Source: Takakia lepidozioides (Eukaryota; Plantae; Bryophyta). From it: a stretch of DNA of 64,000 bases. Shown piece after piece: positions 48,001-60,691 of the stretch. Within the stretch, counting starts at the first letter, position 1, and the number at the start of each line of letters is the position of its first letter. The translations under genes were made by a program, and so were the position numbers. The notes beneath the pieces were generated by a model. That model ran no database searches and was not told where the DNA came from. It saw only the letters and a list, made by a program, of their open reading frames with translations. The stretch covers positions 12,958,001 to 13,022,000 of the forward strand of contig CM060733.1 in assembly GCA_030704615.1 (NCBI GenBank), given 5' to 3'.

Positions 48001-51000
48001 AATCACTAGCTTACAGGAGCACATAACACAAATTATTGAGAACAAAGAAAGACGACAAAGAGAGAAGGCAAAGATGCTTGCACAACTTAAAGAAGCTCAA
48101 CATGAGATTAACGGCTTACAAGATCGTGTAACTCAAGTTCATGATCAAGACATAGGAGGTCAAAGAGAGAAAACAATATTAATGGAGCAATTGAGAGAAA
48201 CGCAATATGAAAAGACAAAATTGATGGCACAACTGATGAGTTCTGAAGATGAGAAAGCCAAAATGGTGTTACAACTTAAAGAACTGCAATCTACTGGCCA
48301 ATCCGCCTCAGTTTCTCTCCAAGCTTCCTTACATGCTGCAAAAGTAAATCTGCAACTTACTACATCTCTTTCAAACATTCTTATAAATAATTTTCTATGT
48401 AGCTTTTCGGAGTTGATCTAGATGTTTTAAACAACTCACTCAAAGTGAATTATTGAAGGCATAAACCATGACCTAAATAACAATGTCAACTCCGGATGAA
48501 CTGAATTGACTATATATGTGTTATAGGTGGCCGAACCCTGGCCTATATGGGCACATCTTTGCATTTTATGACATGGAGTTGAAATTTTCATTGGTCATTC
48601 GATGTATTTAAATAATATCAATTGTTCAAAGTTGCAATAAAAGATTATTAAATCATGGAAGTCCAAATTGACCTATCTTATTTTTTTTGTGATAGATCTT
48701 TCGAAAAAATGTGGGAAACTTTTCATTTTATGTGTGCAACAATTGGAGTTAAAGAGTGATGCAGTGTCTTCCAGACACAGATTGAACAAGACCATTGCAA
48801 AATGGTAGCACTTGAAGCTGCAAATGCCACCCTTGAAGCTTCTGTGTGTGCCCAAGATACAATTACACATGATAATGAGCATGAACTCCCTCAGTCCAAG
48901 GCGAAATGGAATATGCAACTACTTGACTTGGTATATACTTCTCTATTTACTAATGACAAAATAAGCTTTTGCAACGTGATAACTAAGACTATTTATCTCA
49001 GATTTCAGATCTCACTACTAAAATATTTGTGACATTTTTTGGATTGAAACAAATGTTAACACTTCCAGGGATTCCAAGGACCTATATACAAAGTATCTTT
49101 AATGTATTTTAATAGCCTGATCCAACCTGCTACAAGCCTAGCCAAAAGAGAAAGAGCAATTCACTTGACACCTCCAACGATCTCTTAAAATCAACGATGA
49201 GATTTTTAAAGATGGATGAATGATTGTCTAATATGATTGGCCTTCAAACTTAACCTTCAATATATATATCCACGATACATGTTATACATATCATCAGTAG
49301 ATTAAAGAGATAAGGAAGAAAAAATACTTCTCCCGTAGGAAACGTAAATCATAATGTATTATCTTCATCCCTAAGGATTAAGTACTACCTTCTTTTGGAT
49401 GGTGGATATTTCGAATTCTAGATTACCTATAAGTTATGCACATGCAATGCACAAACAACCAACCGCTTGGCTACTTTGCTCAAGTGCATGTCATCAATAA
49501 ATATAGATGTATATCCAATCCCTAGCTCTTCTCAGCTTGTTGGAATTCTATTTTGATGAATACATGAAGATACGCTCGCATTCATATGATATCTTCTGAT
49601 TCTAAGGTGGATGACTTTGGTAAAATCATGGCTGAATGTGGGGATCTTCTTTCGGAGAATGGAGAACTCTTTGAAAGGATTCTCCAAGTGCGTAAGAAGT
49701 TCTCAAAGATCTCGAAGCTTCCAAAAACTATCGACACAACATGTGAAATTGACAAACAGCCGAAAATTTGGCTTGTAAGTCTTTTGATTTGATAGATATT
49801 TTTGCACTCTTTCTATGACAAGATACATCATACAAATAAAGATAAAGTTGTGTAGAGTCGAAGGATGAATGAATGACATTAAAATTACTACTGTTTATGA
49901 AACATCTTGATCAAAAGACTTTACGGTAAGTCAAAATTTGTTTGCTTTGTAACTTTACATGATATTCTAGAATTAAAGTTTCAAATGAACATTTCTCATC
50001 TTTATCTTCACTCTTGCTGGTCATGGTGATAAAGAAGGAAAACTCTTGCCAAAGAAAATGTAACTTATGGTGTCACTTCATCCTCAATGACTACTGCCTT
50101 CCGTTTGGAACATGGATACTTTTTAACGGCCGCAACCGGGGCATCACGGTTGCCCAGCCCTCCTCCAATGACTTGAAATTCCTAGCTTGCATCCACAAAT
50201 TAAGTAACCGGTTCATCTAGGGACCCCTATTTTATAGCTGGGTTGACCGTAATGGCCGGTGACGTCCAACATACACATATGTGGTTTTGAACCCATGACC
50301 ACTTGTAAAGGCGGCCTTTGTGCCCTAACCACTGGGCCATATGTTAGATGTTGTCATGGTGATAAATATATTTGTTTCATTGACTAACCAATCTTACTTA
50401 ATAAATTGCCTCATGTTCTTCTTGTCCGACGATATATGCAAATGAAGAATGCATTAATCTCGAAAATGGATATTTTGAAGCTGACACCTAATACCTTATA
50501 TTGACATGTAACAGAGCGTTGAAGAGTATTTATATGAAACTTTGACTTCATATGGCATTGATCCGCTCTCAGCAGGAATTAGCAATGAAACTTATTCTAT
50601 AATCATAGAGCGCATGTTACGGTATTCATGATATCTGAACTTCCAAGGAAATGAGGGTCAAAACATGCTAGGGTGCTTTACTTTTGACAATTATATGTCT
50701 AGTCTATTCTAAAGTGATATTTACCAAAGTGCCTTAAGACCCTATCAGATTGTCATTGACTGTTTGACACGTACTTGAGCTTTGAGACCTTCATGACTTG
50801 AGTTATCTTTTGCATCTAGACAAATAGATCTCCATTTACGATTTCTAGGAATTGTGTATTAAATATTTTGTTTATTTTGTGATGGTATATTTGCAGCTCA
50901 CACTAGATACACAAAAAATTGAGTTAGTCATCCACCTTGGTAGTCTAATTTAGTTCTTCTAGTGCAAGGAAGAAAGAATGGTAGAGAGAAAAGAAAGCAA

Positions 51001-51998
51001 ACAATAAAAGCTTAGTGTGCAGTATTCTATAAAATAGATCTATTTAACTAATGACCACTTTGAACATCTTTCATGAATGCAGGGTGCAAAAGAACCTGAA
51101 GAATAACTTGGTTGCAATGAAGTATATGTCATCAAAGGAAAACTCATCCAAAAGTTCGTCACTAAGTTTTACACCACCATCTTCACTCTTCACCCCGCCC
51201 GAGTTCACACCTATAGAGACACCATCAACAAAAGAGTTGTCAAAGACGTCTACACCGAATCTCACACCCCCGGATTTTACACCCGAGAAAATATCATCAA
51301 AGACATCTAAGGAGTCATCTAGAAACACTTCATCCATGTCATCTAAAGATGCAAAGCTACAATTTACACCACCTTATTCACTTTTCACACCATTAGATTT
51401 CACACCAGAGACAACTTCAACATTACAAGAGCCATTACCAAATCTTACACCATCAGACTTTAGCTTTTCAATAAAAGATTCATTAAAATTAACAACGAAT
51501 GAGCCATCATCAAATGTCACACCAACATATTCCTCATTGAAAAAGCCAAAATCAAAATCGTTTGAGGTTCTAAAAAATCTAACATCTACATCACAGAAAG
51601 AATTAATAACAAAAGAAACAACACTTGACCTCCCACCGCCTGATCTTACGTTTAGGAAACAATCATTAGACGAACCTTTGAACTCATTGAATCTCACAAC
51701 ACTCACAGATTCCAAGCCACTATCTAAGTCAACAATAGAGTCTACAAAGAAACCAACATCCAACTACTTCCCATACTCAAAACAGACTATCGTTTCTTCT
51801 AATTCTCTCTTCACACCACGTAATTTAACACTTGATCAGAATCCAGCTTCAACACCAATGGTTGCAAAGAAAGCACCTAGCGAGGAGTTTTCCTTCGAGG
51901 AAGCAAATGTGTCTTTGAAGGAGCAACCGATACGATCACGTGGGGGACAATTGTCATTGCCAGTACATCATTCTATTGCATCATTTATGATAGCATAA
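45016..51998 (+). CDS. Long coiled-coil protein with S/T/P-rich C-terminus (3' nine exons), family unidentified
   Basis: Exons 45016-45168, 45485-45639, 45802-46057, 47013-47207, 47507-48343, 48775-48930, 49607-49774, 50515-50621 and 51083-51998 all have GT-AG borders and consistent phase. E/K/Q/L-rich heptads. Confidence 0.85.
50034..50352 (-). mobile_element. Intronic tRNA-derived SINE
   Basis: A-box TGGCCCAGTGG and B-box GGTTCAAAACC on the minus strand. 14-bp TSD GTCATGGTGATAAA (50020-33 and 50353-66). Confidence 0.8.
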
Positions 51999-52274
51999 AA
52001 TACTTAGGATGTCAAGAACAAGGCCATCAAGCACAAACATCATGTACGTAGGTGTAAGATCGTGGTGCTAAAGATTTTCCAAATCAAAAACTTATGGACT
52101 AGTTTTCTTCAACACATTAATGTTCAATTAAAAATGTTTGTCTAGATTTTTGTATGCCTCAACAATATAAGTGCAAGCCTTTCTGACGATTATCATTCCC
52201 CTTATTGAGGCAATCAATTTGGTTTTTGAAATATTGACTCAGTTTCTTTAGTCACCTTGGTGCAAGGTAGATTC

Positions 52275-52844
52275 CACGGACAAATAGATTTTTGCTTACC
52301 CTCCAAATAAGGATAAATAAACATTAGAAGATTATTTATCCTCCGGATAAGTGTAAATAAAAATTTGTTGATTTATTTATCCTCCGGGTAAAAGGTATAT
52401 AGGCCAATATATTCATATGGATAAGGATAAATGATTTTCTCCTCTCATTGCATCCCCTCCTTCCACATATATATCATTTTCCCTTTACCCAAATGATAAA
52501 TCAATAATAAACAAATTTTTATGCTCAACTCTATTTTTTATTGTTTTTCTTAAGATGGCCATTTAGTACCGCTGATTGTAGAAGGTATGTAGGTCTAGGT
52601 CTGATGAGGAAGAAGATATCTCCACATTTACGCTTTTCATATTTACTCTCTAGTAGTTATATTTAGCCACAGATAAAGGGTATATAGAGATAATTTACCA
52701 TTCATACGGACAAGGATAAAATTTATCCGTGTGAAGGAGAAAAAGTAAGGGTAAATAAAAAGGTGCATATGGATAAATGATATATCCTTACTTTAATTTA
52801 TCCGTTGAGTAAATATAGATAAATAATTTATCCACAAAGTACTA
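52275..52844. mobile_element. hAT-like MITE with GGATA/TATCC repeats, left TIR eroded
   Basis: Bounded by GTAGATTC at 52267-74 and 52845-52. Right end TATCCACAAAGTACTA. Confidence 0.65.
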
Positions 52845-52852
52845 GTAGATTC

Positions 52853-53413
52853 TAGTACTGGTCCGGTATCAACATTTTTTGACACGAGGCTGGTCCTAGT
52901 ATATGGGTGGCTTTCAAAATGACATACTAGGGGAACATTGGTACCAAGGATATTTTTCAAATTAGATACTAGTTTGGTAAAGATACTGAAAAAAATTTAA
53001 TCACTTAAGCATTAATGGTATCAATACAAATGTGCTCAGAGTAATACCAGCTGGTATATATACTGGGATCTAGTATCAAACAAGATTAGCACAACCTTGA
53101 TTCAGCACTTGATTGTTCGCCCAACAATCCACCTACCCTAAGTTGCGAAATGGCCCCATAACACTCTTTCCTACTTCCCATCAACAAGAATTTATACCAG
53201 TCGAAGAAGGGTTGCGAAACGCTTGCAACAAGTATCGACACTAAACCCTAGCCCTCAACACGAGACTGGTATGATATTCGCCTATTCTCAGAAACCCTAC
53301 CCTAAGCCAAGCAATGGTATCCGCCCTGAATATGTAGAATTTAGGACCAGGCTAGTTTGGTCCCTGATACCAAGGTTAAACTCGGATCTAATATCCATAC
53401 CAGACCAACACTG
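52853..53413. mobile_element. hAT MITE with GGTAT/ATACC repeats
   Basis: TIRs TAGTACTGGTCCGGTAT / ATACCAGACCAACACTG. TSD GTAGATTC (52845-52 and 53414-21). Confidence 0.8.
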
Positions 53414-54521
53414 GTAGATTCTCATGCGACAAAAATGAGGGGCATGCCATGTGGGGTTTCATGTTCACATGAACAAGCTGTGGTGAAACGTCTAAAATTA
53501 GCAAAAAGTGTCACAAACACAACTTTGACCACTAGATTAAAGGCATTTTGAAGCCACGACAAGTGTGTAGCTGGTTTGCCAATGAGTGACAACCCTGTGC
53601 TCAAATCATTCCATTTTGAGTCGGCTCTAGACAGTTGGCAATTGGTCAAAGTTGGGGGGTATCATTCATACTTTATATGTGTTTGTTTCAGCTAAGTCAT
53701 TTTCAAGATTTTTGCTTCTTGCAAACATCCCCATGCACAACAGCTTGCTACCAACTCTAAACCAATGCAATTGGCTCAGATTTGCTGAGTTTGCACTTGA
53801 CATACATTTTTTTGATCAATACATCATTGAGGAGTGAAGAGAAAATCGCGTAGGCAAAGGGGGTCCAGAAATGAAATTTGAAGCCTGTGGTTTTCCATGC
53901 TTGGTCTCTGCAGCATTTCTTCAAGCCAGCAACCTGATCCCCAAAGCAGAATGAGTACATACTGAAGCCAAGGCCCTACACTGGCTTGCATGGGTGGGAT
54001 TTGAACCCATGGATTTGCCCCTATTGACAGCCCATGCATGACCACAAGGGGCTACATTATTTCTGCCCTTTGTGCCCACCCCTACTTGGAGGGGGCCTAA
54101 CTATATATACTACACTAGATGTAATTATATGAGCCAACATAAACCTGAAAGTGTCACCACAACTTCAAAATGTAATCTGATATGAGCCTACAACTGATAT
54201 AAAACCTGAGATTTTCACAAAAAATGACATTTGACTATAACTCTCTCAAAACAGTTAGTATTGGTAAATCTACAGCCTAAAAATATGCCCCTGCACTAGC
54301 CAAAACGAAAATTAGGGACATGGGGAACATCACCACTTATCGATCTCTGCAAATTAAAAGCAAAAACTTCAATTGCAACACAAACTCACATGCATTACAA
54401 GCCACTGTGTTCCACCCAGCCAAGGATCTCTGCAGCTTGTCGCCGATACAGATAGCAAAAGTTACTGGGCTGTGAGAAGGCAAATATTGTGATTCGACTT
54501 CGGCGCTTCATCTCTGACAAG

Positions 54522-54640
54522 CAGGAATGCTAATTTGTGAGCCTACTCATGAGCTCACGTGAGCCTGTGAACTTGGCCAGGCTCACGTTAGTCTGACATG
54601 GGGGCTTCCATAACCGCGAGTATGTCACCCATTTCCGTCA
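54522..54640. mobile_element. Left terminus of another MULE of the TGAGCC family, partner end not found
   Basis: CAGGAATGCTAATTTGTGAGCC...CCATAACCGC is homologous to 33899-33990. Confidence 0.65.
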
Positions 54641-54931
54641 TGTGGGTGTTTTTTTAATCGGCTCGTAGAAAATGAAATGCATACTGCGACCGAATATTGA
54701 AGATTAATTGGTGCCCTTAAAAGTTCGGAAAGTTGGGGAAAGAGCACAAATTCACAATATAGTTCAAAGACATTTGTTTTCTCCAATATACCTACTTGGT
54801 CATTTGTCATTTGAATGAAGTTGCAGGTATCTTCAATTAATTGAAACTGACTTCAAACCAGCCATTAGAGGACTTAAAAAATATATAAATACAGAAGTCA
54901 TGCTGATTACGAAGATGAAGAAGTACTAGCA

Positions 54932-56319
54932 AAGGGCAGCTAGGTCATGAGCCCAGCCCCATGAGCCTGGGAGCTGAGCTCACACTTGGCTGACATGGCG
55001 TGAGCCTAGGCTCCATCTGCATGACGTGGCTTTCACGCCACGTAAGCGTGAGCGTCCGCCATGCCAGCAGATGTTTGGCGAAAGAAAATGTGTCTATACC
55101 CGAGGGGCCTATAACCGTGGGAATAGGCATTTACAGTATGCCGACTTATGCTACATATTCCAAACAAACCGACAATGAAAAGAGACCCGTGTGGGTTCCC
55201 TTCCCCTTCCCATTTCGTTTGCCTCTTCCATCACCTGCACGTCATTTTTTGCCTTTCGAGAGAGTGTTCTGAGCCGGTGTACTTTACAAACCAAAAAAAA
55301 AGAAAAAAAAAAGTGTATGTGTGGGATGGGCAGTTGCAGAGCACCGTAGATGCCCTGAAAACATTGTGCGGTGCCGCACACTATTTTCAGGGCATTTGCG
55401 TGGGAACGGATTAAAAAAATAAAAATAAAAAATAAAAAATAAAACGGTATGTGGGATGGACAGCTGCGGAGAAAACGTGCACCGCACACCGCACACCGCA
55501 CACTGTTTTCAAGGCATTTGCGTGGGAACCTACCTACCTCCATCCGATCCTCTCAAACAATCCACCTCTAGAGATACTCCCGACTCCACCCCGGTAGCGT
55601 CAGTCATCACCCCTCCCTCCCTGCCTGTCCACCTCCCTACATGTATCGGATTGTTTTTCTCCATGATTACATATGCATGATTGGGTGCGTACATGTGCCG
55701 AAACTACATACGTACGTACACACATGACGTCGACACATTCATCTAGGCAGACGACTATGCATCCACATCCACAAACATTCGTCTATAAGAAGTGCATTCG
55801 CTTGTGTCAAGTCAAACCGCACACATTGAATTTCATCCTGGCCATCCCGGAGAATGTTTCATTCAAACATAACGACATTCATTCATTTCCAAACATGCAA
55901 GGGCTTACTATGTACACCACATCTAAATCAGTCTATTCCATGTGGGCGATTTTCACGTGTCCAAGCCTCAATTCCACTCCGGCTAACTTTTGGGTGTGGG
56001 GATGTGCACTGTAAGCTGCTACTACGCTTGGACTGGTAAGAAAGCTTTATGTAACCAACACATTCATTCTCTCTCATTTCGGCAATCACACACTAATCAA
56101 ATCATTATTATAACACGAGGGCCGGGGGTGGGATGGATGTAAAAGATGTCGTCTACAATGACTGAAAAGGGTAAATCAATCCACGGAAATAGGCGCCTCC
56201 CGCGGAAATATGCCCTGTAAGTTCGAAATTCAAAGATGACGTGGCATGAGCCTATGCTGGGCTCACGGGCTCCTGGGCTCACAGACTCACGCCTCTAGGC
56301 TCACGGAATAGGAACCCTC
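54932..56319. mobile_element. Non-autonomous Mutator-like element
   Basis: Termini AAGGGCAGCTAGGTCATGAGCC ... GGCTCACGGAATAGGAACCCTC. 9-bp TSD GTACTAGCA/ATACTAGCA. Internal direct repeat at about 55315-55530. Confidence 0.8.
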
Positions 56320-57731
56320 ATACTAGCAGAGCTATGTCCTACAACCAACGCATTGTCATCTACGAACTTTCTAGCTTGGGAGTGGGAAAGTCCACGGAAG
56401 GGGTCGGAGGCGACTGGAAAAGGCGAAGGACACGTGGACAGTTGTTTTATAGACAGAGAATATTAGACCCAAAATCATGGAAGAAAGAAATTGTTTTGGG
56501 AAAACATTTCAAACCACATTGGGTGTTGTGATTACCAATTGACTGGGAAAATCCCCCTTAGTGCGGTAGAGGCTATTGACACTGTTCCAGGTCTTAATGA
56601 TTTGAAGCCCAGATGCCTTAAGATAGCTTCCAAGCTCCTTGCGAGATTGCAAACTCGTCCCTTCCTTGAAATTATAGAAGCAAAGCACCATGATCACAAA
56701 GAAAAAACATGCAGAAAGCGAACAACAATGCCCAGTAATTTGTGTTACGAGCATTCCAGGCCCTAACATCCACAGGGGTGATATCGGGCACAGGAAAACC
56801 ATTCAGAATATCAAATATGATGAGCTCAGCTCCAAAGGACTTTTGCACACCACTCACCCATGATTGCTGATCCCCAGCTTGCCAAGGGAAATGTCCGATA
56901 TTTATGAACTAGAAGACAACGACATTGGAAAAGACGTAGAAAAGACCAACACAACGGTGGAAGAAAGATTTTGCAAAGGATAAGGTCAATGGAAACACAC
57001 CAATGTCAGGAAAGATGTCAAAGCATCGCAAGGTTGGGGAACACACGCCGTTGTAAGAAGACTTGCGAGTCTCCGACATAGCTAGAAATTCCTCGTTGAC
57101 AGTCTTCACCTCAAATGTGCCAACTACTCTGGAGGGGTGCAGTCGTGCGTCATAAGGATGGTCCACTACCTTTTTTCTCTTTTTCTCTTTATCTCATGTT
57201 CCTGGTTGCTGGGCACATAACTACCTTGAGGATGGACATGATCTGCTAGCACCTCCACTGCCTGAGATGCAACAGGCTATCTCACCTTCTTCTTCTCCCT
57301 TTGGCTTCATCTGTGGAGTGGCCTGCTTCTCAGGCTCATTAGCCTGCAAGGTTGCTATGTCTCGCTCCTGTATCTGGCGATCGGTGAGAGGTGCAATCCA
57401 TTCTGCTTTATCATTCAAATTCTTCATTTCAACCTCCGCAAACGGGGTATGTGATTTGGGCAGTTCAAATACCAACCACATTGCTTGAAGTAGGCTGACC
57501 CCAATCCTTCAAAATTCCTACAGTGTATATGGTCACCTCAGAGAAAGGGTCGGCCCACTTAGTCGGGATAATCCCTGAACCTAGATTTCAAGGAAGTCAC
57601 TAATGTATCAGCTTCCAAAATACAATGGTCATATATAAGGAATAAGATATAGATATGTCACATTGGAAGTTTCAGATTGCCACACAAATGTCACATTGCC
57701 ATTTTCAGAATTTTTGTAACACTGGAATATG

Positions 57732-60691
57732 CAAGGAAGTTACGCCATGAGCCTGCTCATGTGAGCCTATGAGCCCAGGCTCACGATTGACCCACTAAGC
57801 ATGAGCCTGGGCGTCATGCTTAGTGGTCGTGAGCGCAGAGTGGTGCGGTATGAGAAAGAGGGCCTATATCCGAGGACAAAGGCTGACGTATACCCGTGAG
57901 AATACTAGGAGGATACTTGCAGCGGGATTTGGAAAATTGGAATTGTATTGGTGTTTTCATTATGTGTTTGTAATTGGAAAGGTCATTGCCAACACAACTA
58001 CCTATGTGGGCGTTGACGACCACATAATTCCTAGACCTCATGAAGCTTTGTTATGTTATGGTTTTTCTTTCTTTTTTTCGAAATAATTTGAAATTTTCGC
58101 TTCTTATTGTGTCATTGGAGGACTTGTGGGAGGTCCATGAATTATGTGGGCGTCAACGCCCACAAAAGAGGCAATGAGAAGGAGTAATATGACATCCAAA
58201 AGAACGAATTTAAAACATTTAAAATACCATCAAATGAAAATTTAAAAAATGACAGAACTTGTACACGAAGAAGACATGGAATTTGAAATAAAGTATCTTC
58301 TGGGTTTCCATCATAGTTCCGCTCATTTGGAAAATGAAACATTGTGAGTGCTCCACAAGTACCATGAAATCGAAGTTCGGGATGAAATCAAACCCCATGT
58401 GCAGTGTCTTACTGCTCGAGAGTGTCAACCTGATCGTAGCTAAGAGTGATTTGGTGAATGAACTCATCTCTTTTCGGGTCACGAAACATCACTCGCAAGA
58501 ATATGAAATAGAGATGTTTGCAAGAGACGTATTTTCTTCTCTTCCCCAGACTACCCGAAAGGATACAAATAAAATATGGACAAGTACAGTTTAGGAAAAT
58601 CCCCACGGTTATGTCATATGTCATATCATGAAGTACAAACCCAGAGGTCACTACTGTGTACAACCGTTCATATCTAAGAGGGGGAACGTCAATGACTATT
58701 GTGCGCATGCAAGATTCTTGTCGAGTCCACTTTGGCAAAGTGATCTGCAGTAGGTGGAGAATGACGGACTATCTTTCCATTTCTTTTCGTCGGGTGTTTA
58801 TCAGCACCCGGTGGACGCACACGAGTACCGCAAGGCAAAGATGTATTGGCTGGAGTATGCAATTATGGGCGTCTGGGAAGTCGAAACCCTGCCTCTTCTA
58901 GCAAAGCAACCTCTTGTGGTAATAGAGAGGTTCCTACCTTGATTGGCCCAATGTTTGGAACGTTGGGCTTGGTCAATACTGACTCACGCACTGTCCCATC
59001 CACACATCGTGCGCAATCATCTAGGCAAAACCAGAATTTGTGTGTCTTTGACTCCCTTACACCGGACGGATGAAACAATCATGTGTAGGTGGGAGTAGAT
59101 GTGCCAACATTACCTCTTGCAATCTTTGCTTTGCATTTGGCAAATGTGTTCGACTGTATAGCAGTGCACGACACTCTCAACCCAGCTATAGTGCGCTCTA
59201 TATGCCACACATTGTCTCAACAATTGGACTCAAGTACCTCCACATTGAGATGATGCTCCTGCTGGAAACGACTTTTGAACATGGACTGACTTCTGTGGAC
59301 CAGCACGGGGCATAGAGAAGTTGTCTCTAGTGTCTGGCCTGTGGGGTGTCTGAACTTGGAGGGGTGTCGAGTTTTTGTTTGCATGAACCAAATATTTCTT
59401 CTCCTTTGTGGAACTCTAGATTGTAAAGGAGTTCCAACGATGCACTTGTTCACGACAATCGCAATCTTTGTGGGATCTCTTGATCTTCTTGCAGCTCTCA
59501 ACATCAAACTCGGTTGTGGTCCTTTACCACCGCATCGACCCCTCAAGAAGTCGTGGTACCTATCGCGGTACCGGCGCAGAAGGTGCGATGGTTGCAGATT
59601 TGAAATCCTGATCCCATTCTGAATTAAGAGACAAGCATGTTTCCCAAAGGTGAAAAGGATAGGTCAATTGGAACAACGAAACCTATCAGTGACAAAGTGT
59701 TTGATGCATGGCTTCACAAGGCTACTTTGTGGAGCCAGGTATGTCATGGTGTTGTTGTTCATGGTGTTCTATTCACTGTGTTGTCTATTTGTTTTCTCTT
59801 CGATGTGTGCCGCAACATCCGAGACTAACATGGTCTGTAATGCAGCTCGAGAAAAGGGCAGCTGCGGTTCTAGAAAAGTCAATGATAGACTACAATATTG
59901 TCATGTCCGTCAATGTGACATTTGAGTCCTACATCAGGAATGGAAGGGAATTGTGTGGAAACATGCGTTTTTCAGGGAGTACAATCACGATGGCGGAATC
60001 TCACGCTCCTATGACTTCGACAATCAACAAAATGGAGAACGTGCAATGAAGACAATACAGATAACTGTCTTATTTTCAGTTTTCCAAGATTCATATTCTA
60101 CCTATCTTCTTTGAATCCTTCATTTTAGCTCTTCCAGACTGGAATAACAGAGATCGCTCATGGTATGTCGTGTTTGAATATAGGATTTATACGGGCTTCA
60201 AGGCTCACATAAATCCAATAGGATTTTCTGTCGTAATCCCCTCCAATATAAGACCACAGTGACCTAGAGGGATAGCCGTCCACATGAGAGGAGATAATTT
60301 CTAGCATGGCGTGAGAGCAAGCATATTATATGGGCGCAATTCATATCAATTCCCGTATGTCAGTGCATTGTCCAGTCATGCTTGTTCGAGTTCCTTGTGT
60401 GGTTTTGTACCCGTATAAGAGATTGGTGGGCTGTGAGAGACAATGGTATTATGTAGGCTTCAACACCCACATAATCTTTTTTAGAAAGTGAACTCGTGTA
60501 AAAACATGTCCATAGTGGGCATGGGGAGGTGTTCTTTGTATGGTTTTGTACCTATATAAGAGATTGGCGGGTTGTGAGAGACAAAGATTTATGTGGGCTT
60601 CAACCACCCCATATTTTTAATCTTTTAGAAAGTGAACTCATGTAAAACATGTCCAAGTGGCATGAGAGGAGACATATTGTGTGGGCGTTGA
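57732..60691 (-). mobile_element. Larger MULE-family element with SWIM-domain transposase remnant, cut by a Gypsy insertion
   Basis: 57732 to about 58170 is the inverted homologue of the right part of 33899-35055. The same ATGTGGGCGTTGACGCCCACAT hairpins recur. Tandem units of about 140 bp at 60396-60655. Confidence 0.75.
58409..59590 (-). pseudogene. C-terminal part of a putative MULE transposase with SWIM zinc finger
   Basis: YDITVGIFLNCTCPYF...CKHLY (CxC..CxH). Upstream Cys-rich fragments such as FWFCLDDCARC. No DDE core visible. Confidence 0.7.

Noticed and set aside
53985-54040. tRNA gene (B-box GGTTCAAATCC on minus)
   Set aside because: No cloverleaf can be built. At best a SINE fragment.
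56330-57730. ORF fragments between MULE copies
   Set aside because: No identifiable motifs, and cannot be assigned to TE or host.
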